64,000 nucleotides of DNA from Leptogorgia sarmentosa (GCA_964658305.1 OZ210885.1:25420001-25484000), one strand, 5' to 3'; shown: positions 1-12,957, numbered from the stretch's first letter. Numbers and translations: made by a program. The notes: generated from the letters alone by a model not told the origin.

Positions 1-41
1 ATTGAAAAGTTACAAAACACAGGATTTTTATCTGTCTAGTT

Positions 42-1192
42 TTACAAATACCCATCCAACAAGCTGGTGGACAGACCTCTGGCTATGCCCATGTCATATA
101 CAGAACTATGAAGTAAGAATATTGTTATTAAATGTATAGAAAAATGAAATACCTGACTTGAGTCATGAGCACCTAAATGACCTTGTTCATTTTCTTCAAC
201 ATTTTCAGCTGTTAATCCCAAAGGTATATCTCTCTGCACTGGCCGTAAATACACCTTCGCTTGACCACACAAAGCTTTAAGTCTGCCAGCTGTGTGTGGC
301 CCATTTACCACATGGAAACCACCATCCAATCCACCACCCCTTTGGTAAAGAAGGAAATCGAACCCTCCTACCTCTGAAAGTTGTGGATAGTTTTCCACAA
401 TTGTATCATAGATAGGTTCCCCATTGTCAATTAATGCAATGGATTTGTCACCAAGGCATGCGTTTGATAGGTCCGTTCTTTCCTTTATATTCTGTGGTGG
501 CCGTTCTGCATCTTTTGATGCAAGGCAAACAAATTTTATAGTACATGTCTGTGCTTTCTTCCTTTTCAATTGTCTGGATTTGGAACTAGATGAACTTGAT
601 CGTTTTCCAAAATTGAACAACCTGCGTTGTTCAGCAATTACCGATACATTGTGATTTTGTGAACGTAAGTTAGAGGAAGTGCCACTTGTTAAGGGAGTTG
701 AAACTCCCACTTGTTGTGGGGTCTGAATAGGAGACTGTACAGGCACAGGCATTACTTGTTGAACATTTGGGGCAGGAGAACCTACGGAAAAGAAATTAGC
801 AAAAAAAGTTAACAAAAAAAATAAACATATTCTATTTTATTTTCATATATGTTTTATTTTCACTATATAGTGAATTCTTTGTATGTGAACATTCAGGCTG
901 TATTTACCCTTATTTAGTCCCTTATATTCATTCACAATCGCGAACCAGAAAAGTGTTAGATATTCAGTTAGTTTCAAAATGTAAAGGATTTGTTTTACAT
1001 AACGGACTTGACATGGTCTTTCAAGATTCAAATATATTGATTGATATAATCAGAATAGTGCATTATACAAATACAATACATAATAAACTCACCACTATTC
1101 TGAGACTGTTCCCAGTTCGAAATTCGATTCGCAAGCATGTATAGCGTGTCTTTGACTTCGTTCATTTCTGCAGCACGTCGATTGGATGCCAT
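42..1192 (-). CDS. 5' part of the HECT-partner gene of element A (G2E3-like N-terminal region); spliced, continues off the window
   Basis: Exon 1 from ATG 1192 (MASNRRAAEMNE..) splices in phase to the acceptor at ~781 (GSPAP..); domain KFVCLAS..P...ER..L..ACLG..YPQL...GGFDFL..CGQAKVYLRP resembles the equivalent domain in elements B and C; HECT domain itself is not in the window. Confidence 0.6.
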
Positions 1193-1264
1193 TACCGCAA
1201 ATTTGCAAACACGTGCGTCTATTTGAGCCAGCGTTACATAGTTAGAATTGGATTGCGGTTGGAT

Positions 1265-1500
1265 TTTCGAATGTTGAATTTCGAATTCAAAAAAGTTGAA
1301 CGTCGAATTTAAGATAGTTGAATGTCGAATTTAAAAATGTTGAATGTCGAATTTAAGAAAGTTGAATGTCGAATTCAAAAAATGTTGAATGTCGAATTTA
1401 AAAAAGTTGAATGTCGAATTTAAGAAAGTTGAATGTCGAATTTAAAAATGTCGAATTTAAGAAAGTTGAATGTCGAATTAAAAAATGTTAAATGTCGAAT
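1265..1500. repeat. Subterminal tandem array, ~21-22 bp unit GTTGAATGTCGAATTTAA(A/G)AAA, about 11 copies
   Basis: Directly visible; no unique spacers. Confidence 0.9.
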
Positions 1501-1583
1501 ATAAATATATTGACCATTATGTAAAATACAAAAACTGGGATGTCAAATAAGAACTTGAATTTTGGCGGATATATAACGTCATA

Positions 1584-1884
1584 AAGCACCAAGTCAGCCC
1601 CAGAAGGACCCACACTCGTTGTCGAAAGCGAAGATGAAGCCGGAGACAAATCATCGCTCGTAACCGGAGGAAACGAAAAATCCGTGCCCGGGAGACTTGC
1701 TAGGCTGTTATTGGTAAGCCGAGGCATAGATAACAACGAGCACAGTACCCTTAAGATACCAGACACTCAAGCAACAAAAAAAAAATTTTTTTAACAGTTC
1801 CAGACAAACCCAAGAAAGAGAACTCAAACGCACCGTGTGAGCAGCAATAAGCAACTGAGCCCCGCACACGCAACTCTAACCAGC
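1584..1884 (-). mobile_element. Probable 5' end (UTR plus start of ORF1) of an L1/Tx1-like non-LTR retrotransposon, interrupted by element A
   Basis: GC-richer segment beginning GCTGGTTAGAGTTGCG on minus; ORF from ATG 1727 (MPRLTNNSLASLPG..) is cut exactly at the element A terminus; family assignment from resemblance only. Confidence 0.35.
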
Positions 1885-3979
1885 ATACAAGACCTCCCTT
1901 CTGATAGGCATAAACGCCTGCCTACGCAGCCGCATATGTGCATAATTACATATCATTACCGACCCACAACAACTTGTGCTTGATGTTAATTAATTTTATT
2001 GCATAAACACATTTATCTACCAATGATAAAGTTAAATTTGGTAAATGCACCCAAGGCTGTTGCGGTGGAAGGTTGTTATACCAGGGCCTTTTACTGGGTG
2101 AGGTGAGGTCAATTACATCTGGCCTTGTTCTCTTTTTTGACTTATCTTCAACCAGTGGCACATGCACCTTGTAATTTTGCCTCATCATCTCAGCATGCTT
2201 CCCAACACGACCAGAAAATGGGTGTTTTGGGCGGCCATAAGATCTTGTTGGTAACTTTTTAATGTTTTTCTTCTTGCCAGCATTATTTGCATTTTTTCTT
2301 TTTATATTGTGATTCCTGCTTTGATTTGGTTGCTGTATTATAATCCCCGCTTCATTTGGTGCTGCACTTCTTGCTTTTTCTAATAATGCTTCAAGGTTAT
2401 TGGCAAGAGTGGAAAGCTGCTCTTTGTCATCTATGAGGAATGTCAGGCCTGAAAGTTCTTTCATAAGGTTACGGCATTTAACACTAAGAGCATTTTTGCC
2501 ACTTGTCCTCTTGGGTGGAAGTGCAGTAAAATCATCATTGTCAGTATCACATATATTCAGCTGTAACTGAACGTTGTTGTTTGGTATTGGAGTTGTCAGC
2601 AACTCATGGGACTTGTGATCTGTTGGTGAGCAGTCAAGTGTTGGTATAATGGTTGCATCCAACAAAAACAGTGGGTTCTCAGTGTAGTTAGGGCTAAGCT
2701 TTTCCCATCTCCATTCTGGAAAGGCTTTCATGCAAGCACAGAAGTGCTTGCTTAAAAGTTTGTTATGCCTCCAGTCCAAGCATTCACAATTAGGCAAGCT
2801 TCGTTTATCACCAAAACTTACTGTGTACTCCTCCCATTAAGACATGTAATTCCTCCCATTGAACTTTGCACTTTAAAGACTCCTGAAGACACCATTTTAA
2901 CCATGGAACTGTTGATATCACTTTCCCAGCGTTTCATTATGTGAGTCACCATTCTGGTAGGTTTGTTGTGCAAAAATTTTGGTACTTCCTTGTTGTATGC
3001 ACGCTATCCATCATGGCATTTCACATTTAGCTCAACATACCTAAAATCATACACCAAAACATTAATTGTGTTGCATTTGTTTGTACCTATTTATATTCTA
3101 ATTAATTTTCAAGCATTAAGAATGGTTGCTCTAAGACTGTAAGCTTATGAAAGTTAACTTCAGTATGGACAGGTCAATACATTGTGATACTGTATTTTAA
3201 ACTGACTACTGTATCCAATGGCAACTCCATAAGTAACTTTTGCAACTGGTTGCTGATAGGCGGATGGGTTTGTCAACAGGGATGGATTTGCTGAGGGGTG
3301 TGCACCCCCCTAGCCTTGGCCAGAAGGGGTACAGGGGGGGTGCTATTTTTTATGATAAAGCAAAAATATTAGAAACAAAATGGGATACAGTAATTTCAGC
3401 AATGAGATGATAATACATTCACAATTACAATGTGAACAATAATGAATAATAACATTACTACAAATCAGTTGCAGTAGTCAGCAGTCAAGCAAGACTACAT
3501 AGGCTAGTGAACATGCCAACTACCGTTACTCCAGCCCGGAGTCACACCGCACTTGAGCACCACCCCCCCCCCCCGCACTTACAATCTTACAAATCTTACT
3601 TTGTAAAAGTCTTTGGAAGAAATCTGTCAATGAGGACTTTTAGCATGTCACTTAAAGAGTATCCTTTGTTGCCAAGCAGGTACTCATGTTTGCTTTATTT
3701 TGCCTCTCAACACCATTGTTAGTGTTGACAGCACAAATGAAATCCTCTGTCCGATATGTTTGACACCATCTCTGTAAAAGACATACAGTATGCAAAAATG
3801 GTTAGTGGTTCGGTACATTAACTGTTTACAACTGTTTTCAACAACCTTTCTAGAAATTTCAAGAATTTTTTAAGGACTGTGCTACCCTGTATATGGGCTA
3901 ATGTACTTAATATTGTTTTGAAACCAAAGGCAAAACTACAACTTGCTTTACAACTGACAGCTAAACATTTTAAGCACCC

Positions 3980-4190
3980 AAACAGGGGCAAAACTGAAGC
4001 ATTAATTGGGGAAGGGGGTAAATATTCATGTGAATATTCATGCTCTGTCTGACAGCTTTCTCCTGAAATAAAACAGCTGATTTCAAGAGAAATTAGTCAG
4101 GCAAGACACAGATATATGAATATTCAATGAATATTCAACCACCTCCACCCCACCCCACCCCAATTAACTGTCTTACTTTTGCCCCTGTTT
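3980..4190. mobile_element. Short MITE in a MULE intron
   Basis: Inverted termini AAACAGGGGCAAAA / TTTTGCCCCTGTTT plus inner TTAATTGGGG / CCCCAATTAA; no clear TSD. Confidence 0.55.
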
Positions 4191-5619
4191 GAAATCTTGT
4201 TCCAACTTCTGTTGTTCCGAAATTTTTGTATTTAAAAGTTACAGTATTTAGGGTTCCAGAAAGGTATATACATACATTAGGGCATTGTGCAAAAGTGTAT
4301 ACCTTGATACTTGGCAGCCACTTGCTTCCAAACCAATTTCTCAACTTTTCATTTTGTTTCCAAATTTTGCTGTCTGTGAGTGCTGTGGTTGATTCTCGAC
4401 ACTGTTCAGATGTAACTGCATGTGAAATGTTGCATAGGAGCCTTAGTACTTGTTGTTTTTCATTAGCAACACCATTATCTGTTTTAGATGTCCACTCTTG
4501 CCATGCTTTCTCCCAATGAAAATCACACAGAAGTACTTCAGCATCTACAGTAAAATATTTTAAAGCAACAAAATGTAAAGCTTGCAACACTTTGCAACAC
4601 TATTTATTGTCCCAGCATTTTTTACGGTTATGCGGTCTTATTTACGGTTAGTACCTGCATATTTTTGAAAATATGCCATTACTGTTAGTAATATTATTAT
4701 AATGTTGTTTCTCAGGAGTTGTATTCTCAGGAATACAATTTCTTTCAGCATGAGGTTGTTGTGAATTTTGCAGCTTATAAAATGTATCCTTCTGTATTTA
4801 AGTTACCTGGAAATATTATTTCAAGAGCTTGGATTTCCTCTTCCACAAAATCCACGATAAAACGTGAAGGTTTCCATGTATCTGAATTCCATTCCTTGAA
4901 AATTGCTAGAGCTTCTTTTATGCATTCAGTGTTCTCATACTGTATGACAAATGAACCAACCACCTGATAACATACATTCATTCTAACACACAGGAAGTAC
5001 AACGGGAGGTCGTACTTTGTTGTTCTATAAGTTGCATCAAGAAGACACATTTGGTTACTGTATCTACTTAGTAGACATCGTTGATCTCTTGTCTGGTGAC
5101 AAAACAGCAATGTTTGGGTTACCTCTTCAGAGTCGTCGGAGAAGCTGTTATCATCCACATCCGCAACAGATTCATCTTCTCCTAACTTCAAAGAATGGGG
5201 GCGGTACAGAAAAAAATCTTGTGGATTAACTGTTTTCCATTTTTGGACAAGCTCCTCCCGTCGACGGAAGAAAAATGATTTGGCTTTCCTTTGTAGAGAT
5301 GATTGTATATGTTCGTTGGATAAAATCGTCTGCAGGTTTTGTCTGGTGGTCGACACCCCTTAAACAAGTTGCATTGTACGAATAGCTCAAGATATCTTCG
5401 TGCTTCGCAAACCATCTTGGGCCAACTCTGAAAGTTTCTCCACTATGACTGGATCCAAAGGCTCTCTTACACCAGCAGCCTGTGGTACGAAAAAGAATAA
5501 AAATAGTAAGAGATCATTTCTTTCTTAAACCGCCACATTAACATACGCTAACTCTCTTAACAAAAAAGTTCAGTATATGTCCAACATGTTCAAAAGCATT
5601 TTTTTAACTTCGATTGAGT

Positions 5620-5740
5620 GGCTAATGTGTAGCGATTTTACGTGTGGCAGACTGAAAAATTTGTCTGACCACGGTGGGATTCAAACGCGCTACCTTTGGT
5701 TTGCTATAGTCCAATCTATATACACTCAGAGTAACATCAC
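5620..5740 (-). mobile_element. tRNA-derived SINE fragment
   Basis: Minus strand CCAAAGGTAGCGCGTTTGAATCCCACCGTGGTCAG with B-box-like T-arm; no full cloverleaf. Confidence 0.45.
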
Positions 5741-5742
5741 TT

Positions 5743-6183
5743 ATGATTAGCATGACAAAATTACTGGATGCTGATTGGTTGAGAGGAGTACAGTAATTTC
5801 ATTAAATTAGATTGTATTAATAATTAATAATTATAATTATTAATTAATCATTAATAATTAATTAGTTAATTAGTATTAATCATTAATAATTATTTATGAT
5901 TAATTCTTAATTGTATTAATTGTATTATTATTAATTAATGATTTAACAAAAAAAACAAAATGGCAGAGGCGGAGGTTAGTAGATGTAATTTTGTCATGTT
6001 AATAATAAACAAATCATCATGCGATGTTACTCGTACAATTAGAGATTAATAGTGCTTGTAATGTTTGGAAATATTGCCAAGCTGGACTTGCCCCGGCGGC
6101 TCGTCTAGTTTTAGCAAAATTTCCAACATTACTCGTACTATTAATTCCTAATTGTACTCGCTATCGCATGATTACCTATACTA
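5743..6183. mobile_element. Non-autonomous element with a long imperfect terminal palindrome (Crypton-like)
   Basis: ATCATGCGATGTTACTCGTACAATTAG..TGGAAATATTGC mirrored by GCAAAATTTCCA..CTAATTGTACTCGCTATCGCATGAT (about 6017-6172); family call is inference. Confidence 0.5.
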
Positions 6184-6516
6184 AACATTCTACACATGAG
6201 CACATTACACAAAATAAAATTCATGGGTGGCTAATGTCGTAGAGGGCCAGTTTGGACCTGTACTAATCACCTTTCCAGTTATGTGGTCTTTGTGTTCAGA
6301 AGGATGAGGCAACTTGATGATATATTGCATCTGAATACGGTCACTTCCGATAGTGTTTGACTTCAGTTCGTCATGCAACTTTTTTGCAGCTTTTCTTCTG
6401 AAGAAAGAAAATCTTCGATCTAAATTATAATTAAAAAAATAAAATAAGAAAATAATTTCGATCTAAATTATAATTAAAAATCCTATTTTTCCGTACATTA
6501 TTTTTATGCAGAAGTG

Positions 6517-6733
6517 TATGGGGCGCCGATGCTGACAAAATTCGCATATTGAATTATCATTCGCAAATGAAAAACTCTTCAATTCTCATTCGCAAAAATG
6601 TCAAATTCTCATTCGCAAATATTGAAAATATCAAATTCGCATTCACAAAAAAATTTCAAATTCGCATTCGCAAAAAATGTCAAATTCGCATTCGCAAAAA
6701 ATGTCGAATTCGCATTCGCAAAAAATGTCGAAT
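6517..6733 (+). repeat. Left TIR of element B with ~24-bp subrepeats (AATTCGCATTCGCAAAAAATGTC)
   Basis: Reverse complement of 12958-13153; left side has one extra unit. Confidence 0.92.
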
Positions 6734-6825
6734 CCTTATTCCAGAAAAAAATGTCGCCGAATTCACTTGGACGGGTTCTTCACTACACTCACTTATATAT
6801 AGCTCAGTTTGGTGTGGTAAGCAAA

Positions 6826-8346
6826 ATGGCAGACCTGCGTTCAATTTTAGAAAGCGTAAACGGCGTGTTTAACGACATGGAAAGCTTTAATAATTCCACA
6901 GCAATTGATCATGAACAATCTACTAACTTAGGATACCTCGAGACATTGACTGTTCGGGCAGAAGAATGTATTCGCCTTCTTCGTACAATAATAGGGCGAT
7001 TAACTGATGTAACAAGGCAAAGACTTGGTGACAACAACATGCAAGTGATGCAACTATGGGAAGATTTTCACCAACTGTGTACTATATTTGAACGAAGCTA
7101 CTACAGCTTTCTTGACCAAAACGTACCATCAACTGATGCCTACAACTTTTCGTGTTACAGAGAAAAAATAACTGGACCTGGTAGACCACGTGTGATAATC
7201 ACAAGACAACAGATCGAAGCATTAAGGGAACTTCACTTTTCATGGTCTTGTATTGCTAGATTACTTGGGGTATCAGAACGTACCCTGGAAAGGAGAAGAC
7301 AAGAATTTCAAATGCCAATGGGAAGGGCCTGCTACTCAAGTGTTAGTGATAACGAGCTTGACTATATTATTTCAGGGATTGTTAGAACCAGTCCAAATGC
7401 TGGTGAAACTTTGGTTCAAGGTGCATTACGACACCGTGGCTTGATGATACAACGTCAGCGTGTACGTGAAAGCTTATCACGGGTTGATCCAATTTCAAGG
7501 TTGCTTCGTCGACGTCAACTAATATATCGTAGACATTATCAAGTAAGAGCTCCAAATTCACTCTGGCATGCAGATGGAAATCACAAACTTATTAGATGGA
7601 GGTTTGTAGTTCATGGAGCGATAGATGGATATTCACGGCTTGTAACCTTTCTGCATTGTAGCACCAACAATCGAGCTGCAACTGTATTGCAACATTTTAT
7701 CTCAGCCGTAGAGAGATTCGGGTGCCCATCTAGAGTGCGCACTGACATGGGACTAGAAAATGTTGAAGTAGCACGTTATATGCTTTTGAGGCGTGGCATT
7801 GGTAGAGGAAGTATTATTACTGGTTCATCAGTACACAATCAAAGAATAGAAAGATTATGGAGAGACGTGTTTCGTTGTGTTTTGTATCAATTTAGAAACA
7901 TATTTTTCTACATGGAAGAGGAGAATATTCTTGACCCCCTTTCTGAATTACATTTGTTTTGTTTACACCATACATATTTGCCGCGTATAAATAGGGCACT
8001 CACAGAATTTGCAGAACAATGGAATCAGCATCCAGTAAGTACAGAAGAAAATCAAAGTCCGTATCAACTTTGGGTAAGTGGCATGCTGGCATCAGCTAAT
8101 TCATTCTGCACAGCAGTTTGCGACGTAATGGATGGTATCGAAGAGCCTTTGTTACAATATTATGGTGTAGATGAAAATGGTCCAATTGTTTCTTCTGATG
8201 ATGGTAATATTGTCGAGGTTCCGCCTTTAATTGTAGAACTTTCACATGAACGAGAACAAATAATTATGGATCAAATAGATCCACTGTCTGAAGACGACAA
8301 TTATGGAATTACCATTTTTATGAGAATGGTATACTTGTTGCAATAG
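6826..8346 (+). CDS. IS3EU-type integrase-like DDE transposase, ~506 aa, intronless, intact
   Basis: HTH region [21 protein letters not shown]; catalytic motifs [37 protein letters not shown]; likely start ATG 6826 (MADLRS). Confidence 0.9.
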   Translation: MADLRSILESVNGVFNDMESFNNSTAIDHEQSTNLGYLETLTVRAEECIRLLRTIIGRLTDVTRQRLGDNNMQVMQLWEDFHQLCTIFERSYYSFLDQNVPSTDAYNFSCYREKITGPGRPRVIITRQQIEALRELHFSWSCIARLLGVSERTLERRRQEFQMPMGRACYSSVSDNELDYIISGIVRTSPNAGETLVQGALRHRGLMIQRQRVRESLSRVDPISRLLRRRQLIYRRHYQVRAPNSLWHADGNHKLIRWRFVVHGAIDGYSRLVTFLHCSTNNRAATVLQHFISAVERFGCPSRVRTDMGLENVEVARYMLLRRGIGRGSIITGSSVHNQRIERLWRDVFRCVLYQFRNIFFYMEEENILDPLSELHLFCLHHTYLPRINRALTEFAEQWNQHPVSTEENQSPYQLWVSGMLASANSFCTAVCDVMDGIEEPLLQYYGVDENGPIVSSDDGNIVEVPPLIVELSHEREQIIMDQIDPLSEDDNYGITIFMRMVYLLQ

Positions 8347-8719
8347 ATGTAAGTAGCGACTTGGGATTTCAGCGAACTGTGGAATGCTTGCTTGTCAGCA
8401 GGAGAACCCACATGATCCCACCCACTTTGATTTCACTTTTTAATAAACAATGTGAAGACAATGGTGTGTGCCGAAATATATCTTTTCGGAAATGGAAGTG
8501 TAGATTTGAACACATCGACAGCAGAAAAGCGTACATAATTCTTTTGAAATGTATACAAAATTAACCAAACCATGATTACAATAAAAGTAAAGAGAATATG
8601 TTTTAAGTTCTTTACCTAAACAATAACTAAATAGGAATTCATGCAAAAAAACAAGGAACTAAAACAACAATAATTTTGTTATAGGTACTGTAACAGGTTT
8701 CTGGATGCAGTGTATCTCG

Positions 8720-11700
8720 TTAGAACCGACCATATCCTTTCGCACCAAACCCTAGAGCCACATCCATAGCTCGTTTGAAAGAGTGGAAATCGGTGTGACA
8801 ACAAGGTAGGCGGATTTGGTTGAAACATGCACCACTTTCCGGAAGCGTTTTGGTCTGGTCCACAAGTAGATCAACAACCAGTGTTGCTTCACCTGATACG
8901 CTGCTTTCCGCAGTCCAAAACTGGAGGAGGTTTATTGTTGATGGCAATGTTCCATTGTAGTCTAAAACAGATGCTAAGTTATATAGGTATACAGTAACAC
9001 GTGCAACTATCTGTGGCATGAAATAATATATGCATGATGTGTGCACATTAGTGTATGTTACCTTCATTAGTTTTGAGTTGCTTTATGTATTCCAGAAAAT
9101 ATTTATACGATTCGGCTTCTTTCACATTATCAGGGACACATTTTATGCAACAAATCACTTGCTCTGCCGATACTTCGAGATCACATGATTTTGGAAAAAC
9201 TTTTCTGGAAAACTCCGGTTGTCCTTTCAGAAAGGAACACAGTGATATTGCTTCCATGCCATCTCGGATATCCATAATTTGCTTCTGTCGTTTATTTATA
9301 ACGAAATGCCACATTACGTGCCATGCTGCAAGGCCAATATTGCACAGTGTTAGAGTGCAAGGAAATTCAGCTTCCAAAAGTGGTGGCAGAAGCTGATCAC
9401 TTATATCTTTCCATGAGGATGAATTTTCAGTCCATTCCATACTTTCTGTTTGAATCTAAAAAATAATATGAAACATGAAAGAAAATCAGCATTGCTGGAG
9501 GATAATGTATATCACTTGCTATAACCATTAGGCATACACATTAACATATTCTACCTTACACTTTCATTACTGCAGCAAACAAACAGGATTAGGGGCCATA
9601 TAATTATTAATTATTCCCATTATGATGCTTAGACTACATATGAAAAATAATTTGTTGTACAGCCATTACCTTCATAACAAGTGCAGATAACTCAGGATCA
9701 GGAATGTCATCTGGAACAGGAGTTAAGCCTGTTGTTTCACCAGAAATGATATAATTCTTCAGCACAGGAGACAACCCATGGAGACCTGGACCACCATGTA
9801 GAATGCTGTGTGCTATAAACTTCCCCACAGCAACATACATACCACACTGCTGTAAAAATGGGTTTGGAGTAGGAAGTTTGTGATCATCTTTACCTTCAAA
9901 TAAAGGATAGCTGCCATCTCCAGCATTAAGGGGTTCCTTTGCCAGTGCTGCCATTCCAATGCTGAAGTATTCTTTGGTCAGTGCGCCAGCGTCAATGCCA
10001 GTTTCATTGACAAACACTACTTCGGGACGCCTTTTCAAGGACACATGTGGTTTTTTGTACACAGAAAGAATTTGAAAGTTGACATTTTTCCCTAATCTAT
10101 CCATTTTCAAAAACTGTGGAGCCCCTGTGTCATAGTCATCAGGACGAAGATCTCTAATGTACTCATCAAGAGTTTTGACTTGAGAATCTAGTAATTAGAA
10201 TGAGTCAGGTACAATAAGGCATAACTCAGTTCAGAACTGACAGTTCTTCAATATTGTAAGTCAGTTTTAACATAGTAATATATGGCTGCAGGTCAAATAA
10301 ATAACTAACCCAACTTGACTTCATGCTAGGCGCATTAAAACTAATACAACTTTGCTAGAAGAAATTTTGGTAACTGCATTTTACTGTTAAACCATCCACT
10401 ACATACCATCGTCCATGTCACAAATTTCAGCAATTGCTTGATCAAGATCAATTTGATCATCCAGGAGAGTGCGGCATTCATCAACTACAATTGAAAGATT
10501 TTTCCGTCCAGGAAATATTTCAGTTAATCTGCTGAGTGCTACATCTCTATTTACCTGCAACAACAAGAATGTGTTTATTATTTTACTATATGATGCCTAT
10601 TCCATTCCATGTGCAATCTCACATATTTTACACAATTTTAATTGTTGTTTGACCAAAACATGTAGTTCACAGTAGCTAAATTATGGCAGTAGTTTTTCGA
10701 CTTAAATACACAATAATTAATGTGAAAGCATATATATATATATATATTGATTACATATATTAATTGTCACAATGTGGTATCCAGCATTACTGCTGGTGGA
10801 TTTTGTCTTCATTTAGTTGATTATAAATACAAGATTACTTACCAGAGTTCCAGTATAAGAATCAGAGACTATTTTCTCTCTTTGTCCCTGACTCTAAAAT
10901 TTTGTGATAAACAATTTTAAGATAACAATACTGATAAACACTTTTGTGGCCAGTGTATGTTATATACATGCATGTACCTTTTCATCTGAGGAATAAACGT
11001 CCTGGCACATGCCTGAAGAGCATGGGATACTTGTATGCAAGCTTGATGTGGACATAAGTGACGAACTTTGGTTGGTTGCACATGTGACCTAGGAAAAAAC
11101 ATGAATATGTCACCTTTACACCATGGTAATCATGGTTTTGCATGCTTACAGGTACAGAATATGATGTCCATATACCTTCTCAACTTTAGGATAGATGTTC
11201 TGGCTTGTGCCCGAAGAACATGGGATATTTGCATCCAAGACGTTTGTCAAGCTCGATGTGGACACACCGGTAGATGAGCTTTGGCTAGTTGCACAAGTGC
11301 TCTAGGAAAAAAAACACACACACACCAATGTATTGCCTCTACTGTCATGGTGTGCATGGTTTTGCCTGTTTACATGTACAAACAGAATATCATGTCAAAA
11401 ACATGTGCAATATTTAAATGCTATACATGCAGTTGACCAAGTTTATGTATTTGATAAACAGGCCATGGTATTCTGTATTACTTACAGATGCAGGAAAATT
11501 TCCAGAACAATTTGAGTATAAGTAACATCTTATATCCTCATCCTGAAAATGCATGATTATTGTTACATAAAAGACTCAAATTACCTAGGGAAGGTTGATG
11601 CTTCAAACATCTAGTAATATAAGAGAATTGTTACCCTATCATCATCTTCATCATCAGAAACATCTTCATCTGTATCCAGTGCTTTAATATAAACTGCACC

Positions 11701-12861
11701 TTGACCACAAATATGCTTCAGTCCATCACAATTCCACTTGTGACTGTTCAGTACACGTGGCTCAATTATCTGGCCTCCTGATGCCTTAACAAATTTCCAA
11801 CTATATTTGAAACACAAAAAAATATAGTCAGAAGAAATACCACTGACCACTGAAAAAGCTTGCAAAGTTGCTACTTGCTAGAATATCCGATTTTTCCCCC
11901 CAAATTTGACAAAAAAATTCTGACCCATATTGGACCTGTACAAGTGAAGCTACCTTGCCCCTGTCAACATGCAAGCTATGAAAATAGGCAATGTGATTTC
12001 AAATAGAGCTATGATCAACCATATACTCAATAGAATACATAAGGTTTGTTATCTCGTTGTCTCGGTGCACTGTCTTGGTGTAGCAGAAATGGTCGCTTCA
12101 TGATCACGTGTGCATTGTATTATACCAAGACACTGCTAATGGTTGATTGCGCAGATAAACAAAGCACACACATGAGTTAAAAAGTTATTCTTTCGACCAC
12201 GGACTGACTGATGAATAGACTTAACTTAGTGACAGGATAAAAATAAAATAAAAAACATTGAAAGGCGGGTGCTATACTTTTTTGGGCCCACTGAGGTTTG
12301 CGACAACTTATGCGCGAAAATTTCATTAACAACTCCTTCAATTTCTTCCTCTGTCTGGTTTTGTTTTAGTGGCACAGCATGCACAACAAAGCCTTCCTTT
12401 TCCAGTTTGCTGCGCTCCTTGCCTCTGGGAGTGGTTGTTGCGTTTGAACTAAGTAGGACGAAGTCTTTGTATACAATTTTTTCTGCAGCCGGTTCATCTT
12501 TGAAAATGTTTTGTATGGTTCTCTTGCGCCGTCTGCCACTACCTGACAACCTTGGACGTCCGTACGACATTGTGGGGTTGTACCGATTCACAGGGGTTGT
12601 TGCTAGAGCACTAGTGGTACTAGCAGGTACTGTCGATGTAGAAGATTGTTGCGGATTGCGTCCGACCGTTGATGTAGATTGCTGAGAATTGTGTGTATTA
12701 AATCTATTTCGAAGCTCACTTTCGGCATGTTGTAGTTCCGGATTTGAAATTATTCTTTGAATTACACCAGGTAATGAAACGGGTGTTGAATTACTCTGTG
12801 TCTCTGGGTTTAAACGACTAAATAACCTGTCGACAACTCCGTCTACAATTCTGTCCTCCAT
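8720..12861 (-). CDS. HECT-domain E3 ubiquitin ligase (G2E3-like), 10 exons, 798 aa
   Basis: GT-AG exons 12861-12278, 11800-11635, 11542-11486, 11301-11176, 11088-10978, 10893-10843, 10554-10407, 10187-9670, 9455-9062, 8961-8720 join in frame (2397 nt); N-lobe VVFVNETGIDAGALTKEYF, VGKFIAHSILHGGPG; C-lobe LLQFWT..LPESGACFNQIRLP..GYGRF with catalytic Cys. Confidence 0.88.
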
Positions 12862-12957
12862 GTTTATTCACGAGTTCACATGTTCATGAGTGTGTTGGCG
12901 GGAAAATGTTAATTATTCGCGGGGAAAAAATCGCCGACATTTGCGGTTTGCGACTGA

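Larger units (their letters stand above)
1..1583. mobile_element. IS3EU-type DNA transposon A, right arm only (runs off the window start)
   Basis: Ends in ...ACGTCATA (RTA terminus); inward read TATGACGTTATATATCCGCCAAAATT matches the termini of the elements at 6517 and 27346; subterminal repeat array 1265-1500; inward-facing gene homologous to the N-terminus of the HECT partner genes. Confidence 0.75.

Noticed and set aside
1265..1500. CRISPR-like array (also 6540-6733 and 12958-13130)
   Set aside because: No unique spacers and no cas genes; these are subterminal repeats of transposon ends
5665..5720. tRNA gene
   Set aside because: Only a T-arm/B-box-like half; fits a SINE head
6598..6825. 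N-terminal 76 aa of the 582-aa ORF, and ORFs 6549-6872 and 12884-13121
   Set aside because: Translation of TIR repeats; the likely start is ATG 6826
12269..12685. Antisense shadow ORFs (also 9055-9396, 20373-20900, 33243-33731, 54355-54732)
   Set aside because: Opposite-strand shadows of real coding regions with no motifs
8720..12861. Host G2E3 gene
   Set aside because: No PHD/RING-like fingers seen, and the gene lies wholly inside TIRs with a perfect TSD
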